From contig QNEE01000002.1 in assembly GCA_003645085.1 (NCBI GenBank), positions 1 to 46,522 on the forward strand: a stretch of DNA of 46,522 bases. Reading direction: 5' to 3'. Position numbers and translations under genes: made by a program. How positions within the stretch are numbered: the stretch's first letter is position 1; each line of letters opens with the position of its first letter. Positions 1-9,055 of the stretch are shown here, one piece after another. The notes beneath the pieces were generated by a model. It ran no database searches, was not told where the DNA came from, and saw only the letters and a list, made by a program, of their open reading frames with translations. The stretch comes from a bacterium (GTDB lineage Bacteria > UBP14 > UBA6098).

Positions 1-216
1 ATACAGGAGGCTTTTGTCGAAACGGGCGCCGTCCAGTGCGGTTTTTGCACTCCGGGGTTCGTGCTGGCGGCGTATTATCTTCTGAAACGCAACCCGAATC
101 CGACCGAGGAGGAGATAAAATCCGCGCTCGACGGCAACCTGTGCCGATGCACCGGCTATGTCAAGATAATCGAGGCTGTGAAACTCTCCGCGAAAAGGAT
201 GGCCGAAGATGCCTGA
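1..216 (+). CDS. (2Fe-2S)-binding small subunit of a xanthine dehydrogenase-family Mo-hydroxylase, 5'-truncated by the window edge
   Basis: Frame 1 translates [21 protein letters not shown]...[15 protein letters not shown]...*, with the QCGFCTPG and GNLCRCTGY motifs; the TGA at 214-216 overlaps the next ATG (209). Not in the ORF track because it has no start codon. Confidence 0.93.
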   Translation: MQEAFVETGAVQCGFCTPGFVLAAYYLLKRNPNPTEEEIKSALDGNLCRCTGYVKIIEAVKLSAKRMAEDA

Positions 217-2530
217 TTTCAAGAGTGTCGGCAAATCGGTCAATAAAATCGACTCGCTTTCTCTTGCGACCGGCGAGGAAAAATTTGCCGACGATTTTCG
301 TCTGGAAAGCCCGCTCTATCTCGCTTTGCTATATTCCCCACACGCACACGCGAAGATAAAAAACATCAACATCTCCAAAGCGGAAAAAACCGAAGGCGTC
401 GCCGGGGTTTATTATTTTGGGAATACACCGCAAGAATTGCATACGACAGCCGGTCAGGGTTTCCCGGAACCGTCCCCATACGACACGCGGATATTCGATA
501 AAAGGGTCCGATTCGTCGGGGACCGTGTCGCTATGGTCGCAGCAGATTCTATAGAAATCGCGAGGGAGGCACTGAAAAGAATCGAGGTCGAATACGAGAT
601 ACTCGAGCCGCTGTTCGACCCGGAACGCGCAATGGAAACCGAAGCTCCGAAACTTCATTCCGACGAAGCCTACGCGCCTATTCCCGTTACATACGACCCA
701 TCGAAAAACCTCGCGGCGGAGGTCGAGATGCAATTCGGCGACCTCGAAAAGGGGTTCGAAGAATCCGATTTCGTTATAGAACACACTTACAAAACGCAAT
801 ACGCCTCGCACTGCGCAATCGAGCCGCATACCGCGGTCGCCAGAATCGACGAGCGCGGGCGATTGATTATTATAACCGCGACACAGGTCCCGTTCCACGC
901 GAGACGCATCGTCAGCCGGACGCTCGGCATCCCGACCGGTAAAATCAGGGTAATCAAGCCGCGTATCGGCGGCGGTTTCGGCGGCAAGCAGGAGGTTTTT
1001 CTCGAGCAGCTCGTCGCGCTGGTAACGTGGGAAACGAAAAGGCCGTCGAAAATCGTCCTTTCGAGAAAAGAGGTCTTTGTCAACTCGCGGACTCGCCACC
1101 CGATGCGGGTCAGGCTCAAGACCGGCGTGAAAAACGACGGCACAATTACCGCGCTCGAACTCGACGCACTTATGAATACCGGCGCTTATGGCTCCCACGC
1201 CCTGACCGTTATGTCCAACGCCGGCGCTAAGGTTCTCCCGCTTTTTAACAAAATCCCGAATATGCGATTTATCGGAAGAACGGTATATACGAATTTCCCA
1301 GTCGGCGGCGCGTATCGCGGCTACGGCGCGACGCAGAGCTATTTCGGGTTCTGTCAGCAAATCGACATAATCGCACGAAAAACCGGCCGGGACGTCCTCG
1401 AATATTACAAAAAGTGGACTATTAAAGAGGGAGAAACCTCCGACGTTTTCCGAGCACTCGGCGAGGGCAAGGAGGGGGTCGCGCAGGTAATAAAATCCTG
1501 TAAGCTCGACGAGTGTATCGACCGCGGCGCAGAGGCTATCGGCTGGTATGAGAAACGCGGAAAGCGAATAAGAAACGGCGACAGGGTCAAGGGGATGGGC
1601 GTCGCTTGCTGCATGCAAGGCTCCGGCATCCCGAAAATCGATATGGGCGCGGCCTCGATGAAGATGAACGAGGACGGCTCGTTCAATCTCTATGTCGGCG
1701 CGACCGACCTCGGCACCGGCTCCGATACGATACTCGCACAAATCGCCGCCGAGGTCCTGAGCGTGCCGGTCGAGAAATTCATCGTCCTGTCCTCCGATAC
1801 CGACCTGACACCGTTCGACGTCGGGGCCTACGCATCCTCGACGACGTATATCTCCGGTCAGGCCGTGCGAAAATGCGCCGAGAAGATAAAAGCGCAGATA
1901 ACCGCGGTCGCAGCGGAGATGCTGGACGCCGACGAGGACGACCTCTACATCGAAAACGGCAACGTTATATGCGATAAAACCGGCGATAGCCTGTCGTTCG
2001 ACGATATCTGCTACCGCGCGCTCTACAGCGAAAATCAGTTCCAGATTCAGGCGGAAGCCTCGCATTTCGCGACGGAATCTCCTCCTCCGTTTATCGCACA
2101 GTTCGCCGAGGTCGAGGTCGACACGAAAACAGGCCGCGTCGAGGTTATCCAGTTCGTCTCCGCGGTCGATTGCGGCCAGGCGATTAATCCGAAACTCGCA
2201 GAGGGCCAGGTCGAGGGCGCAGTTGTCAACGGGATTAGCTATGCCCTGTGGGAAAAATATATTTTCAACGAAAAAGGGGAAATGACCAACCCAAATTTCG
2301 GGGATTATAAAATCTTTACGGCGGCGGATTTACCGAAGATGAAAACAATCATAGTCGGCTCTTTCGAGGAGAGCGGCCCGTTCGGCGCGAAATCGGTCGG
2401 CGAGATTGCGATAAACGGCCCGATGCCGGCGATTGCGAATGCGATTTATGACGCCGTAGGTGTGCGTATGTTCGAGGCTCCGTTCACCCCGGAAAGGGTT
2501 TTCGAGAGAATGAAAAAGGCTGACAGGTGA
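209..2530 (+). CDS. Xanthine dehydrogenase-family molybdopterin-binding large subunit (XdhD/YgfN-like)
   Basis: 773 aa; [36 protein letters not shown] and GAKSVGE (catalytic Glu) motifs. Confidence 0.93.
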   Translation: MPDFKSVGKSVNKIDSLSLATGEEKFADDFRLESPLYLALLYSPHAHAKIKNINISKAEKTEGVAGVYYFGNTPQELHTTAGQGFPEPSPYDTRIFDKRVRFVGDRVAMVAADSIEIAREALKRIEVEYEILEPLFDPERAMETEAPKLHSDEAYAPIPVTYDPSKNLAAEVEMQFGDLEKGFEESDFVIEHTYKTQYASHCAIEPHTAVARIDERGRLIIITATQVPFHARRIVSRTLGIPTGKIRVIKPRIGGGFGGKQEVFLEQLVALVTWETKRPSKIVLSRKEVFVNSRTRHPMRVRLKTGVKNDGTITALELDALMNTGAYGSHALTVMSNAGAKVLPLFNKIPNMRFIGRTVYTNFPVGGAYRGYGATQSYFGFCQQIDIIARKTGRDVLEYYKKWTIKEGETSDVFRALGEGKEGVAQVIKSCKLDECIDRGAEAIGWYEKRGKRIRNGDRVKGMGVACCMQGSGIPKIDMGAASMKMNEDGSFNLYVGATDLGTGSDTILAQIAAEVLSVPVEKFIVLSSDTDLTPFDVGAYASSTTYISGQAVRKCAEKIKAQITAVAAEMLDADEDDLYIENGNVICDKTGDSLSFDDICYRALYSENQFQIQAEASHFATESPPPFIAQFAEVEVDTKTGRVEVIQFVSAVDCGQAINPKLAEGQVEGAVVNGISYALWEKYIFNEKGEMTNPNFGDYKIFTAADLPKMKTIIVGSFEESGPFGAKSVGEIAINGPMPAIANAIYDAVGVRMFEAPFTPERVFERMKKADR

Positions 2531-2558
2531 ACGGGTAAATTGGTCGATAGGGATAGCT

Positions 2559-2665
2559 TAGTCCCGAACTTCAGCCCGGGGATTACGCATATCCAACCCC
2601 CAGCGAACCGCTTTAGCGGTTTTTACTGTAACGCCTTCAGGCGTTTATAGCCGGTTTTACTGGCT
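2559..2665. repeat. Cluster of four short GC-stem hairpins with TTYA-type loops (REP/BIME-like)
   Basis: cccgaac-ttca-gcccggg (imperfect), aaccgc-ttta-gcggtt (2606-2621), aacgcc-ttca-ggcgtt (2630-2645), agccgg-tttta-ctggct (2649-2665). Confidence 0.6.
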
Positions 2666-2695
2666 GCATCAAAGCAGCTAACACGAGGATTTGAC

Positions 2696-4039
2696 TTGAT
2701 AATAAAAAATGGACAGGTTGCTCTTCCCGGTCTCGCAAAACCGGAAATCAACGATATTAAGGTCGAGAACGGGAAAATCGCCGCGATTGCGCCGAATATC
2801 ATAAGTGAAGGCGACATCATCGACGCCGATGGCCTCCTCGTTCTCCCCGGCGGAATCGACCCACACGTCCATTTCAACGACCCCGGATACGTGCACCGTG
2901 AAGATTTCTACACCGGAACGGCATTCGCGGCGTCGGGAGGGATAACCACAGTTATCGATATGCCGTGCACATCTATACCTCCTGTAACTAATCGGGCGAA
3001 TTTCGACGTAAAATATCAGGCTATAAAGGATAAAGCGGTCATCGATTACTGCCTTTTCGGGGGCATCTCCGCACAGTCTTTCGAAAGCGGTTTTCCGGGG
3101 AATATGGAGGAACTCGCCGAATGCGTTGTCGGTTTTAAGACCTATTTCTTGTCGGGAATGGAGAGTTTCGGTAGCCTGAACAAGAGCCAGTTCGAGGATG
3201 TCCTCGAGGCCGCGAGGGTTTTGAAACGTCCGGTATTGCTGCACGCCGAGGATAAGGCTTTTGTGGAAGCCGCGACAATAGAGGCAAAAAAGTCCGGCAA
3301 CGAACCGAAGGATTTTTATAATTCCCGCCCAGAAAAAGCGGAAATCCTCGCCGTATCGAAAGCCGTTCGAATCGCCGAAAGGGTTGGAGCAGAACTACAT
3401 ATCGTTCATATCGGCACGGCGGATGCCGCCGAATTAGTTCCCGGCGGGAAAATAACCTGCGAAACCGCGCCACATTATCTCGAATTCGATACCGAAGATT
3501 TTACGCGTATAGGCTCGCCGCTAAAAGTTACTCCGCCGGTGAAATCGCCAGAGAACAAATCGAAGTTGTGGAAATTCCTTGCAAATGGGAAAATTAGTTT
3601 CGTGGCTTCGGACCACGCGCCCTGCACTAAAGAAGAGAAAAACACCGGCTCGATATGGACCGACTATTCCGGCATCCCCGGCACAGGGACCATTTTTCCC
3701 TATATACTATCGGAGGGCTACTTCAAAAAGCGGCTGTCGCTAAAAAAATTTATCGAGGTTACATCCTCGAATGCAGCGAGAAGATACGGCATTTTCGACC
3801 GTAAAGGTTCTATCGAGGTCGGCAAGGACGCCGATTTTGTCCTCATCGACCCGAATCGAAGCTGGGTTGTCGAGGGTGATAAATTCCTATCGAAGGGGAA
3901 AATTACGCCGTTCGAAAGGATGGAATTAAAAGGCAAAATAATAAAGACCATCCTGCGCGGGGAGATTATATACGATACGAAACGCGGTATAACTTTGAAA
4001 AATGGATTTGGAAAACTACTATTTTCAAAATACAATTGA
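2696..4039 (+). CDS. Cyclic amidohydrolase, allantoinase-like (allantoinase/dihydroorotase/hydantoinase family)
   Basis: PGGIDPHVHFNDPG (HxH), GGITTVIDMP, VVGFKTY, LHAED, ETAPHYL, ASDHAP motifs; TTG start. Confidence 0.85.
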   Translation: MIIKNGQVALPGLAKPEINDIKVENGKIAAIAPNIISEGDIIDADGLLVLPGGIDPHVHFNDPGYVHREDFYTGTAFAASGGITTVIDMPCTSIPPVTNRANFDVKYQAIKDKAVIDYCLFGGISAQSFESGFPGNMEELAECVVGFKTYFLSGMESFGSLNKSQFEDVLEAARVLKRPVLLHAEDKAFVEAATIEAKKSGNEPKDFYNSRPEKAEILAVSKAVRIAERVGAELHIVHIGTADAAELVPGGKITCETAPHYLEFDTEDFTRIGSPLKVTPPVKSPENKSKLWKFLANGKISFVASDHAPCTKEEKNTGSIWTDYSGIPGTGTIFPYILSEGYFKKRLSLKKFIEVTSSNAARRYGIFDRKGSIEVGKDADFVLIDPNRSWVVEGDKFLSKGKITPFERMELKGKIIKTILRGEIIYDTKRGITLKNGFGKLLFSKYN

Positions 4040-5340
4040 GAACGAATAATCCAGACAAATACATAATCGCCAACGGCATTATAACCGATGGCGCCGGGTA
4101 TTTTCTCGAGAACGGGGCTATCCTTATCGAAAACGACCGGATAACCGGAGTATTGAGAACCGAGGAGATAATCGAGGTTGGTGTTGATTACATCGATGTC
4201 GGTGGCAGGCTTATTATCCCCGGGCTTCTGAACGCACACCACCACCTTTATTCGACATTCGCCGCAGGCTTATCTCCTATCGGCGAAACGAACAGCTTCG
4301 CCGGAATCCTCGAGAACCTCTGGTGGCGCCTCGACAGGGCACTGGACGAAGAATCGGTATATTATTCGGCTTTGTTGGGGCTAATCGATTCTATCAAACA
4401 CGGGGTTACGACTATTTTCGACCATCACGCCTCGATGAATTTCGTCGGCGGAAGCCTCTCGGTTATCGAGGACGCTTTCAAATTGACCGGTATCAAGGGA
4501 TTATTGTGCTTTGAGACATCGGACAGGATGGGCGAAACCGACGCGGAAAGCCATATCGCGGAGAATATCGATTTCTACGAAAAACACCGCGATTCGGAGA
4601 CCCTGAAAGGCTCTTTCGGTTTGCACGCGAACCTGACATTGAGCGAAAAAACACTCGAAAAAATTCACGAAGCCAAACCGCCCGAAATGCCGATACACGT
4701 TCATTGCGGTGAGGACAGAGCCGACCTCGAATACTGCATAGAACGCGGTTACAAAGGCCCCATCGACCGATTGAATTCCTTTGGACTGGTTAGCGGAAAT
4801 TCTATTCTCGCACATTGCATACATCTCGGTAAAAAGGATTACGGTCTAATAGACGAAATATCCCCGATAATCGTTTCGAACTCAGAATCCAACGCGAACA
4901 ACCGTGTCGGAAAGATGGATAGAAGGAGAATCAAAGACTACATCCTCGGTTCCGACGGTATGACCGGCGATATAATCGGCACGCTCCGGTCGCACTACCT
5001 TCTTGGCGAAGGTTCCGCCGAGGATTTCGACGAGTTGCGCCACGCCTTTTTCGATTATCGATACGAAATCCAGCGGAGATTCTTCCCTGATACAGCTTCT
5101 TTTACCCACGGTTCCCGCGCAGATATCGCGGTCCTCGATTACATCCCTGTAACGCCGATAAACCCCGACAACCTGATGGGTCATCTGATTTTCGGCGCGA
5201 AATCGGGTAAGGTCTATATGACGATTTCTGACGGCAAAATCCTCTATCGCGACGGCAAAATAACTTTCATCGACGAAATGGAAATAACCGAAAAAGCACA
5301 CAAGGTTGCGTCGAAACTGCACCGGAGATATTATGGCTGA
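4036..5340 (+). CDS. ssnA: SsnA-like metal-dependent amidohydrolase
   Basis: PGLLNAHHHLYS, LENLWWRLDRALD, GVTTIFDHHAS, FGLHANLT, HVHCGED, ILAHCIH; located in an xdh/ygeY cluster. Confidence 0.8.
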   Translation: MRTNNPDKYIIANGIITDGAGYFLENGAILIENDRITGVLRTEEIIEVGVDYIDVGGRLIIPGLLNAHHHLYSTFAAGLSPIGETNSFAGILENLWWRLDRALDEESVYYSALLGLIDSIKHGVTTIFDHHASMNFVGGSLSVIEDAFKLTGIKGLLCFETSDRMGETDAESHIAENIDFYEKHRDSETLKGSFGLHANLTLSEKTLEKIHEAKPPEMPIHVHCGEDRADLEYCIERGYKGPIDRLNSFGLVSGNSILAHCIHLGKKDYGLIDEISPIIVSNSESNANNRVGKMDRRRIKDYILGSDGMTGDIIGTLRSHYLLGEGSAEDFDELRHAFFDYRYEIQRRFFPDTASFTHGSRADIAVLDYIPVTPINPDNLMGHLIFGAKSGKVYMTISDGKILYRDGKITFIDEMEITEKAHKVASKLHRRYYG

Positions 5341-6430
5341 TATTTCGGTCGAGATAAACAGAATAAAATTCAAGAACCCGGTGATGCCCGCGGCTGGACC
5401 GAACGTCCGCAACGCCCGGATGATGCTGGCCGCCATAGACGGCGGCGCCGGAGGGATAGTCTCCAAAACCGTTTCGATTAAACCCGCCGATGATAAAAGG
5501 CCGACAATCCGCAAAGCGATATGCAGGGGGCTTGTCAACTCGGAGACCTGGTCGGAATTGCCCATCGAAAAAATGCTGGTCGAGCTTGCCGAAGTTAAAA
5601 ATGCGGGCGTTCCGCTGATAGTTTCTATCGGCTACAAGCCGGGCGAGGTAGCGAAACTCGGCGAACTTATCGAAAACGAAATCGCGCCGGACGGCTTCGA
5701 ATTTTCGACGCATTATACAGGCAAATCTATCGAACCTCTCGTCGAGGTCGCCAGGTCGCTCCGGAGCGCAGTCGAAGCCCCAATCTGGATGAAAATCTCG
5801 CCGAACACGCCGGATATAGAGGCTCTCGCTATCGCGGTTTCAGAATATGTAGATGCATTCGTCGCGATAAACTCGTTCGGCCCGGTTCTCGATTTCGATA
5901 TCGAAAACCCCATTCCCGAATTAGGCTCCGACTATGGCCAGGGTTGGCTTTCCGGCCCGCCGATTCTGCCTATCGCGCTGCGAATCGTCTATCAAATCCT
6001 ATCGGTTCGGGACAAACCGGTTATCGGTGTCGGAGGCATCTCGAAAGGGGTCGATGCAATTAAATTCATAATGGCGGGCGCTTCTGCTGTGCAGGTCTGT
6101 TCGGCGGCGATAAGAAGCGGCCATTCGGTTTACGGTAAAATTGCAGCCGAAATCGGCGACTGGCTAGAAACGCACGGGTATTCATCAATCGAGAAAATCG
6201 GAGGTTTATATAAAAAGAGGCTCGGCGAACAGAGAACGTTCGATAGAATCCCGGTAATGTCAATCGACCCTGAAAAGTGTATCGGCTGTAAGGCGTGTAT
6301 CGAACGGGGCATCCAAGGGGCCATTTATATGAAAAACGAAACCGCCGCTGTTATTGCGGAAAACTGTATCGGCTGCGGGTTCTGTCAGGATTTTTGCCCA
6401 CAATCCGCAATGCAATTGATGGACAGGTAA
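5333..6430 (+). CDS. Dihydroorotate/dihydropyrimidine dehydrogenase-like FMN oxidoreductase with C-terminal 2x[4Fe-4S] ferredoxin domain
   Basis: NPVMPAAGP, KTV, WMKISP, AINS, GWLSG, IGVGGI, GASAVQVCSA; C-terminal CIGCKAC and CIGCGFCQDFCP. Start placed at ATG 5333 (MADISV) rather than 5306. Confidence 0.8.
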   Translation: MADISVEINRIKFKNPVMPAAGPNVRNARMMLAAIDGGAGGIVSKTVSIKPADDKRPTIRKAICRGLVNSETWSELPIEKMLVELAEVKNAGVPLIVSIGYKPGEVAKLGELIENEIAPDGFEFSTHYTGKSIEPLVEVARSLRSAVEAPIWMKISPNTPDIEALAIAVSEYVDAFVAINSFGPVLDFDIENPIPELGSDYGQGWLSGPPILPIALRIVYQILSVRDKPVIGVGGISKGVDAIKFIMAGASAVQVCSAAIRSGHSVYGKIAAEIGDWLETHGYSSIEKIGGLYKKRLGEQRTFDRIPVMSIDPEKCIGCKACIERGIQGAIYMKNETAAVIAENCIGCGFCQDFCPQSAMQLMDR

Positions 6431-7618
6431 ATGAACATAGCACAAAAAATCAGGGAAAAAACCGAGGGCTACAGCGATTACACCGCGCGTAACCTTTCGG
6501 AAATCGTGAAAATCCAGTCGCTGAGCGGCGAGGAGGCCGCGGTTATCGAGAAACTCGAAATTCTTCTCGGCGACGCCGGTTTCGACGAAGTTTTCACGGA
6601 TGGCCTCGGCAACCTCATCGGAAAAATCGGCGACGGCCCGAAAATTCTCGCTTTCGACGCCCATATCGACACGGTCGATACCGGCGATATATCGCAGTGG
6701 GATTTCGAGCCTTTCTGCGGAGAGATTCGCGACGGCAATGTTCCTGGAAGAGGCAGTGTCGACCAAAAAGGCGGCGCGGCGGCGATGATTACCGCAGGGC
6801 GGATACTCGCGGAACTCGGCTACGACGGCGAATTCACTATTTATTTTACTTTCACAGTTATGGAGGAAGACTGCGACGGTCTCTGCTGGAACTACATCAT
6901 CGAGAAGGAGCGGATAATCCCGGATTTCGCGGTCTTGACCGAGCCGACGAATATGAATATCTATCGCGGGCACCGGGGGCGGATGGAAATCGAGTGCTAT
7001 TTTAGCGGGGAGTCATCCCACGCCAGCGCGCCCGAACGCGGCGAGAACGCGATATATAACGCCTCGCATGCAGCAATACAAATCGAGAAACTGAACGGAA
7101 GATTAAAATCGGACGATTTCCTCGGCAAAGGCACAATCGCGGCGACGCTTATCGAATCGAAATCCCCGTCACTGTGCGCGGTGCCGGATAGATGTCGAAT
7201 CCATCTCGACAGGCGGCTGACACTCGGAGAGACAAAAGAAAGCGCAATCGCCGAGGTGCGCTCAGCTATCGGCGGCGACACCAAAATCGAAATCCCGATA
7301 TATAATAAACCGAGCTACAAAGGCACGAACTTCCAACGAGAGATGTTTTTCCCGACGTGGGCGATTCCAGAAGAGCACAATCTCGTAAAAGCCGGTGTCG
7401 AATCGTATAAAAGGCTTTTCGGTGAACGACCGCGAATAGGCAAATGGGCATTTTCGACCAACGGCGTCGCGATTTGCGGAACGCACGGGATACCGTGTAT
7501 CGGTTTCGGCCCGGGAGACGAGATATTCGCCCACGCGCCGAACGAGGCCGTGCCGATAGAACATCTCGCAAAAGCGGCGGCGTTCTACGCGATGATGCCG
7601 TATATTATCGAAGGATAA
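6431..7618 (+). CDS. ygeY: YgeY-family M20 metallohydrolase
   Basis: DGLGNLIG, FDAHIDTV, GRGSVDQKGG, VMEEDCDG, RGHRGRMEI, FSTNGV, GPGDE..AHAPNE. Confidence 0.87.
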   Translation: MNIAQKIREKTEGYSDYTARNLSEIVKIQSLSGEEAAVIEKLEILLGDAGFDEVFTDGLGNLIGKIGDGPKILAFDAHIDTVDTGDISQWDFEPFCGEIRDGNVPGRGSVDQKGGAAAMITAGRILAELGYDGEFTIYFTFTVMEEDCDGLCWNYIIEKERIIPDFAVLTEPTNMNIYRGHRGRMEIECYFSGESSHASAPERGENAIYNASHAAIQIEKLNGRLKSDDFLGKGTIAATLIESKSPSLCAVPDRCRIHLDRRLTLGETKESAIAEVRSAIGGDTKIEIPIYNKPSYKGTNFQREMFFPTWAIPEEHNLVKAGVESYKRLFGERPRIGKWAFSTNGVAICGTHGIPCIGFGPGDEIFAHAPNEAVPIEHLAKAAAFYAMMPYIIEG

Positions 7619-7649
7619 ACCGCGTGGTGTCGACCCGGTGGTGTCGCCC

Positions 7650-7676
7650 TGTCGTTCCCGCGTAAGCGCGAATCCA
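7650..7676. repeat. Partial GTCATTCCCGCG...GGAATCC-type palindromic repeat
   Basis: gtcgttcccgcg-taag-cgcgaatcca; flanked by three GTGGTGTYG copies (about 7624, 7638, 7677). Confidence 0.5.
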
Positions 7677-7694
7677 GTGGTGTTGTGGCGGGCG

Positions 7695-7730
7695 AACTCT
7701 CCAACTCCTTAACTCTTAAACTCTCCAACT
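7695..7730. repeat. Degenerate 8-bp tandem repeat (AACTCYYH)
   Basis: aactctcc aactcctt aactctta aactctcc aact. Confidence 0.7.
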
Positions 7731-7745
7731 TCTATAAAATTTCTC

Positions 7746-7826
7746 TTGCGTATTTGGGGAAAATGCTTATATTTAATAAAAACCTCCAACGGAAATATTA
7801 TGGCCAATATTGCCAAAAAACGCGGG
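7746..7826 (+). promoter_or_regulatory. Promoter/leader module copy 1 (TTGCGT-16-TATATT plus leader ORF MANIAKKRGI*, 7800-7832)
   Basis: About 60 bp with strong similarity to 8401-8463 (cttatatttaa...aaaacctcYaac...attatggccaatatYgccRaaaaa...ggg). Confidence 0.6.
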
Positions 7827-7833
7827 ATATAAA

Positions 7834-8112
7834 ATGCAATTATTTACCTGTCTCGTAAAAAAAGACGAAGACCAGTTTGCCTCTTTGTGTGTGGAATTGG
7901 ATGTGGCATCGTGCGGGCGCACAAAAGACGAGGCGCTGGAAGGGCTGAGAAACGCTATCGAAGCATACATACGATATATGATTGACGAAGGCAGGGAAAA
8001 GGATATATATCGACCTGTCCCGATGCAAGAGTTGAAAGATTTCCTCTTTCCCGAGGACGACAAACACGAGCAAACGCTGGATGCTATCCCGCTGGAATTC
8101 CAGTATGCTTAA
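7834..8112 (+). CDS. hicB: HicB-family antitoxin (short form, no obvious DNA-binding domain)
   Basis: MQLFTCLVKKDEDQFASLCVELDVASCGRTKDEALEGLRNAIEAYI matches the HicB N-terminal pattern; ATG at 7834 preferred over TTG at 7810. Confidence 0.78.
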   Translation: MQLFTCLVKKDEDQFASLCVELDVASCGRTKDEALEGLRNAIEAYIRYMIDEGREKDIYRPVPMQELKDFLFPEDDKHEQTLDAIPLEFQYA

Positions 8113-8338
8113 AAACATATCCAGCCGGGATGTCGCTTCGATATTGGCCGAGTTGGGGATTTCGCTAAAAAGACGCGGCAAAGAGGACATTTACGCGGGC
8201 GAATATGGTGGGGAATCTCGCGTTGTCGTTGTTCCGAGAAACAAAAAGAGCATACCGAAGGGGACGTTGAGTTCGATATGGCGGCAGGCGGGGATAAACG
8301 CGAAGATAGCCGACGAGATATGGCGAAGGATAAAATAA
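8105..8338 (+). CDS. hicA: HicA-like mRNA interferase toxin
   Basis: 77 aa: SSRDVASILAELGISLKRRGK...VVVVPRNKKSIPKGTLSSIWRQAGI; overlaps hicB by 8 nt. Confidence 0.72.
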   Translation: MLKNISSRDVASILAELGISLKRRGKEDIYAGEYGGESRVVVVPRNKKSIPKGTLSSIWRQAGINAKIADEIWRRIK

Positions 8339-8380
8339 TGACAACACGGCGCGCCGGCACGATATTATTACAAAAAACTA

Positions 8381-8516
8381 TTGCGCGATTGGAATAAAAC
8401 CTTATATTTAAAGCAAAACCTCTAACCAAAAAATTATGGCCAATATCGCCGAAAAATCGGGGGGAAGAACCCATTATAATATAATCACCTCTTCACGGGA
8501 GACCGACGGTGAATAG
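8381..8516 (+). promoter_or_regulatory. Promoter/leader module copy 2 (TTGCGC-16-TATATT plus leader ORF MANIAEKSGG...DGE*, 8436-8516)
   Basis: Duplicate of 7746-7826; the leader stop overlaps the antitoxin GTG start. Confidence 0.6.
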
Positions 8517-8706
8517 CGTAAAGCAAGAGTTGACAGGCGTTCTCGACGAATTATCGAACGAAAAACTAAAGATGTTGTGGTATTTCGCGCAATTCCTGAT
8601 GGAAACCGACGAACTCGGGGCCGAAGAAATAGCCGCGCTCAACAGGGGTATGGAACAATTCGAGAAGGGCGAATATGTCCGCTTCGACGAGATTCGACGT
8701 GGATAA
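8509..8706 (+). CDS. Putative antitoxin partner of RelE (65 aa, acidic)
   Basis: Small acidic ORF with C-terminal EIAALNRGMEQFEKGEYVRFDE; GGGAGA SD upstream; overlaps the relE start. Confidence 0.7.
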   Translation: MNSVKQELTGVLDELSNEKLKMLWYFAQFLMETDELGAEEIAALNRGMEQFEKGEYVRFDEIRRG

Positions 8707-8972
8707 ATACACGGTCGCCCTCTCGAAAGACGCCGCGAAGTATTACCGGAAGGTCGACGAGAAAACGGCCAAAAGGCTCAATAAAGCGTTAGATATAATC
8801 GCGAAAGACCCGTTCGGCGCGAAGGGTGTCAGACCGATAAAAAACTATGCCGGGGAAATACAAATACAGGGTTGGCGGATTGAGAATACTGTTCGGCATA
8901 GACCGGGGAAACAGCATCATCGAGATTTACGCGATAACCCCGCGCGGACAAGCATACAGGGGAAGACAATGA
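8699..8972 (+). pseudogene. relE: RelE/ParE-family toxin with a 1-nt frameshift in an A6 run (8839-8844)
   Basis: VDKYTVALSKDAAKYYRKVDEKTAKRLNKALDIIAKDPFGAKGVRPIK; removing one A continues as TMPGKYKYRVGGLRILFGIDRGNSIIEIYAITPRGQAYRGRQ* (about 90 aa, canonical YRxRVGxxRILF...I.PRG..Y). Confidence 0.85.
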
Positions 8973-9006
8973 CAACACAGCGTAGCGGCGCGGGCGCAAA
9001 AATCCC

Positions 9007-9035
9007 TTGACAGCGGCTGACTGGCCGCTTATATT
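9007..9035 (+). promoter_or_regulatory. Sigma70-type promoter TTGACA-17-TATATT (module copy 3)
   Basis: ttgaca gcggctgactggccgct tatatt. Confidence 0.7.
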
Positions 9036-9055
9036 ATTTTTTGAATCTAATCGAT

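Noticed and set aside
329-2065. 578-aa antisense ORF, and similar long opposite-strand or alternate-frame ORFs (e.g. 14780-15430, 16364-16969, 29863-30921, 40383-41051)
   Set aside because: They shadow well-supported genes on the other strand or frame, have no recognisable motifs, and are expected from GC3-biased codon usage.
209-7618. Selenocysteine recoding in the Se-associated ssnA/ygeY cluster
   Set aside because: The TGA codons fall at the expected protein ends, with no in-frame continuation or SECIS-like hairpin apparent.
8675-9010. 111-aa ORF-track protein as an intact gene
   Set aside because: Its C-terminal half is the out-of-frame read of a frameshifted relE; the RelE signature lies in the shifted frame.
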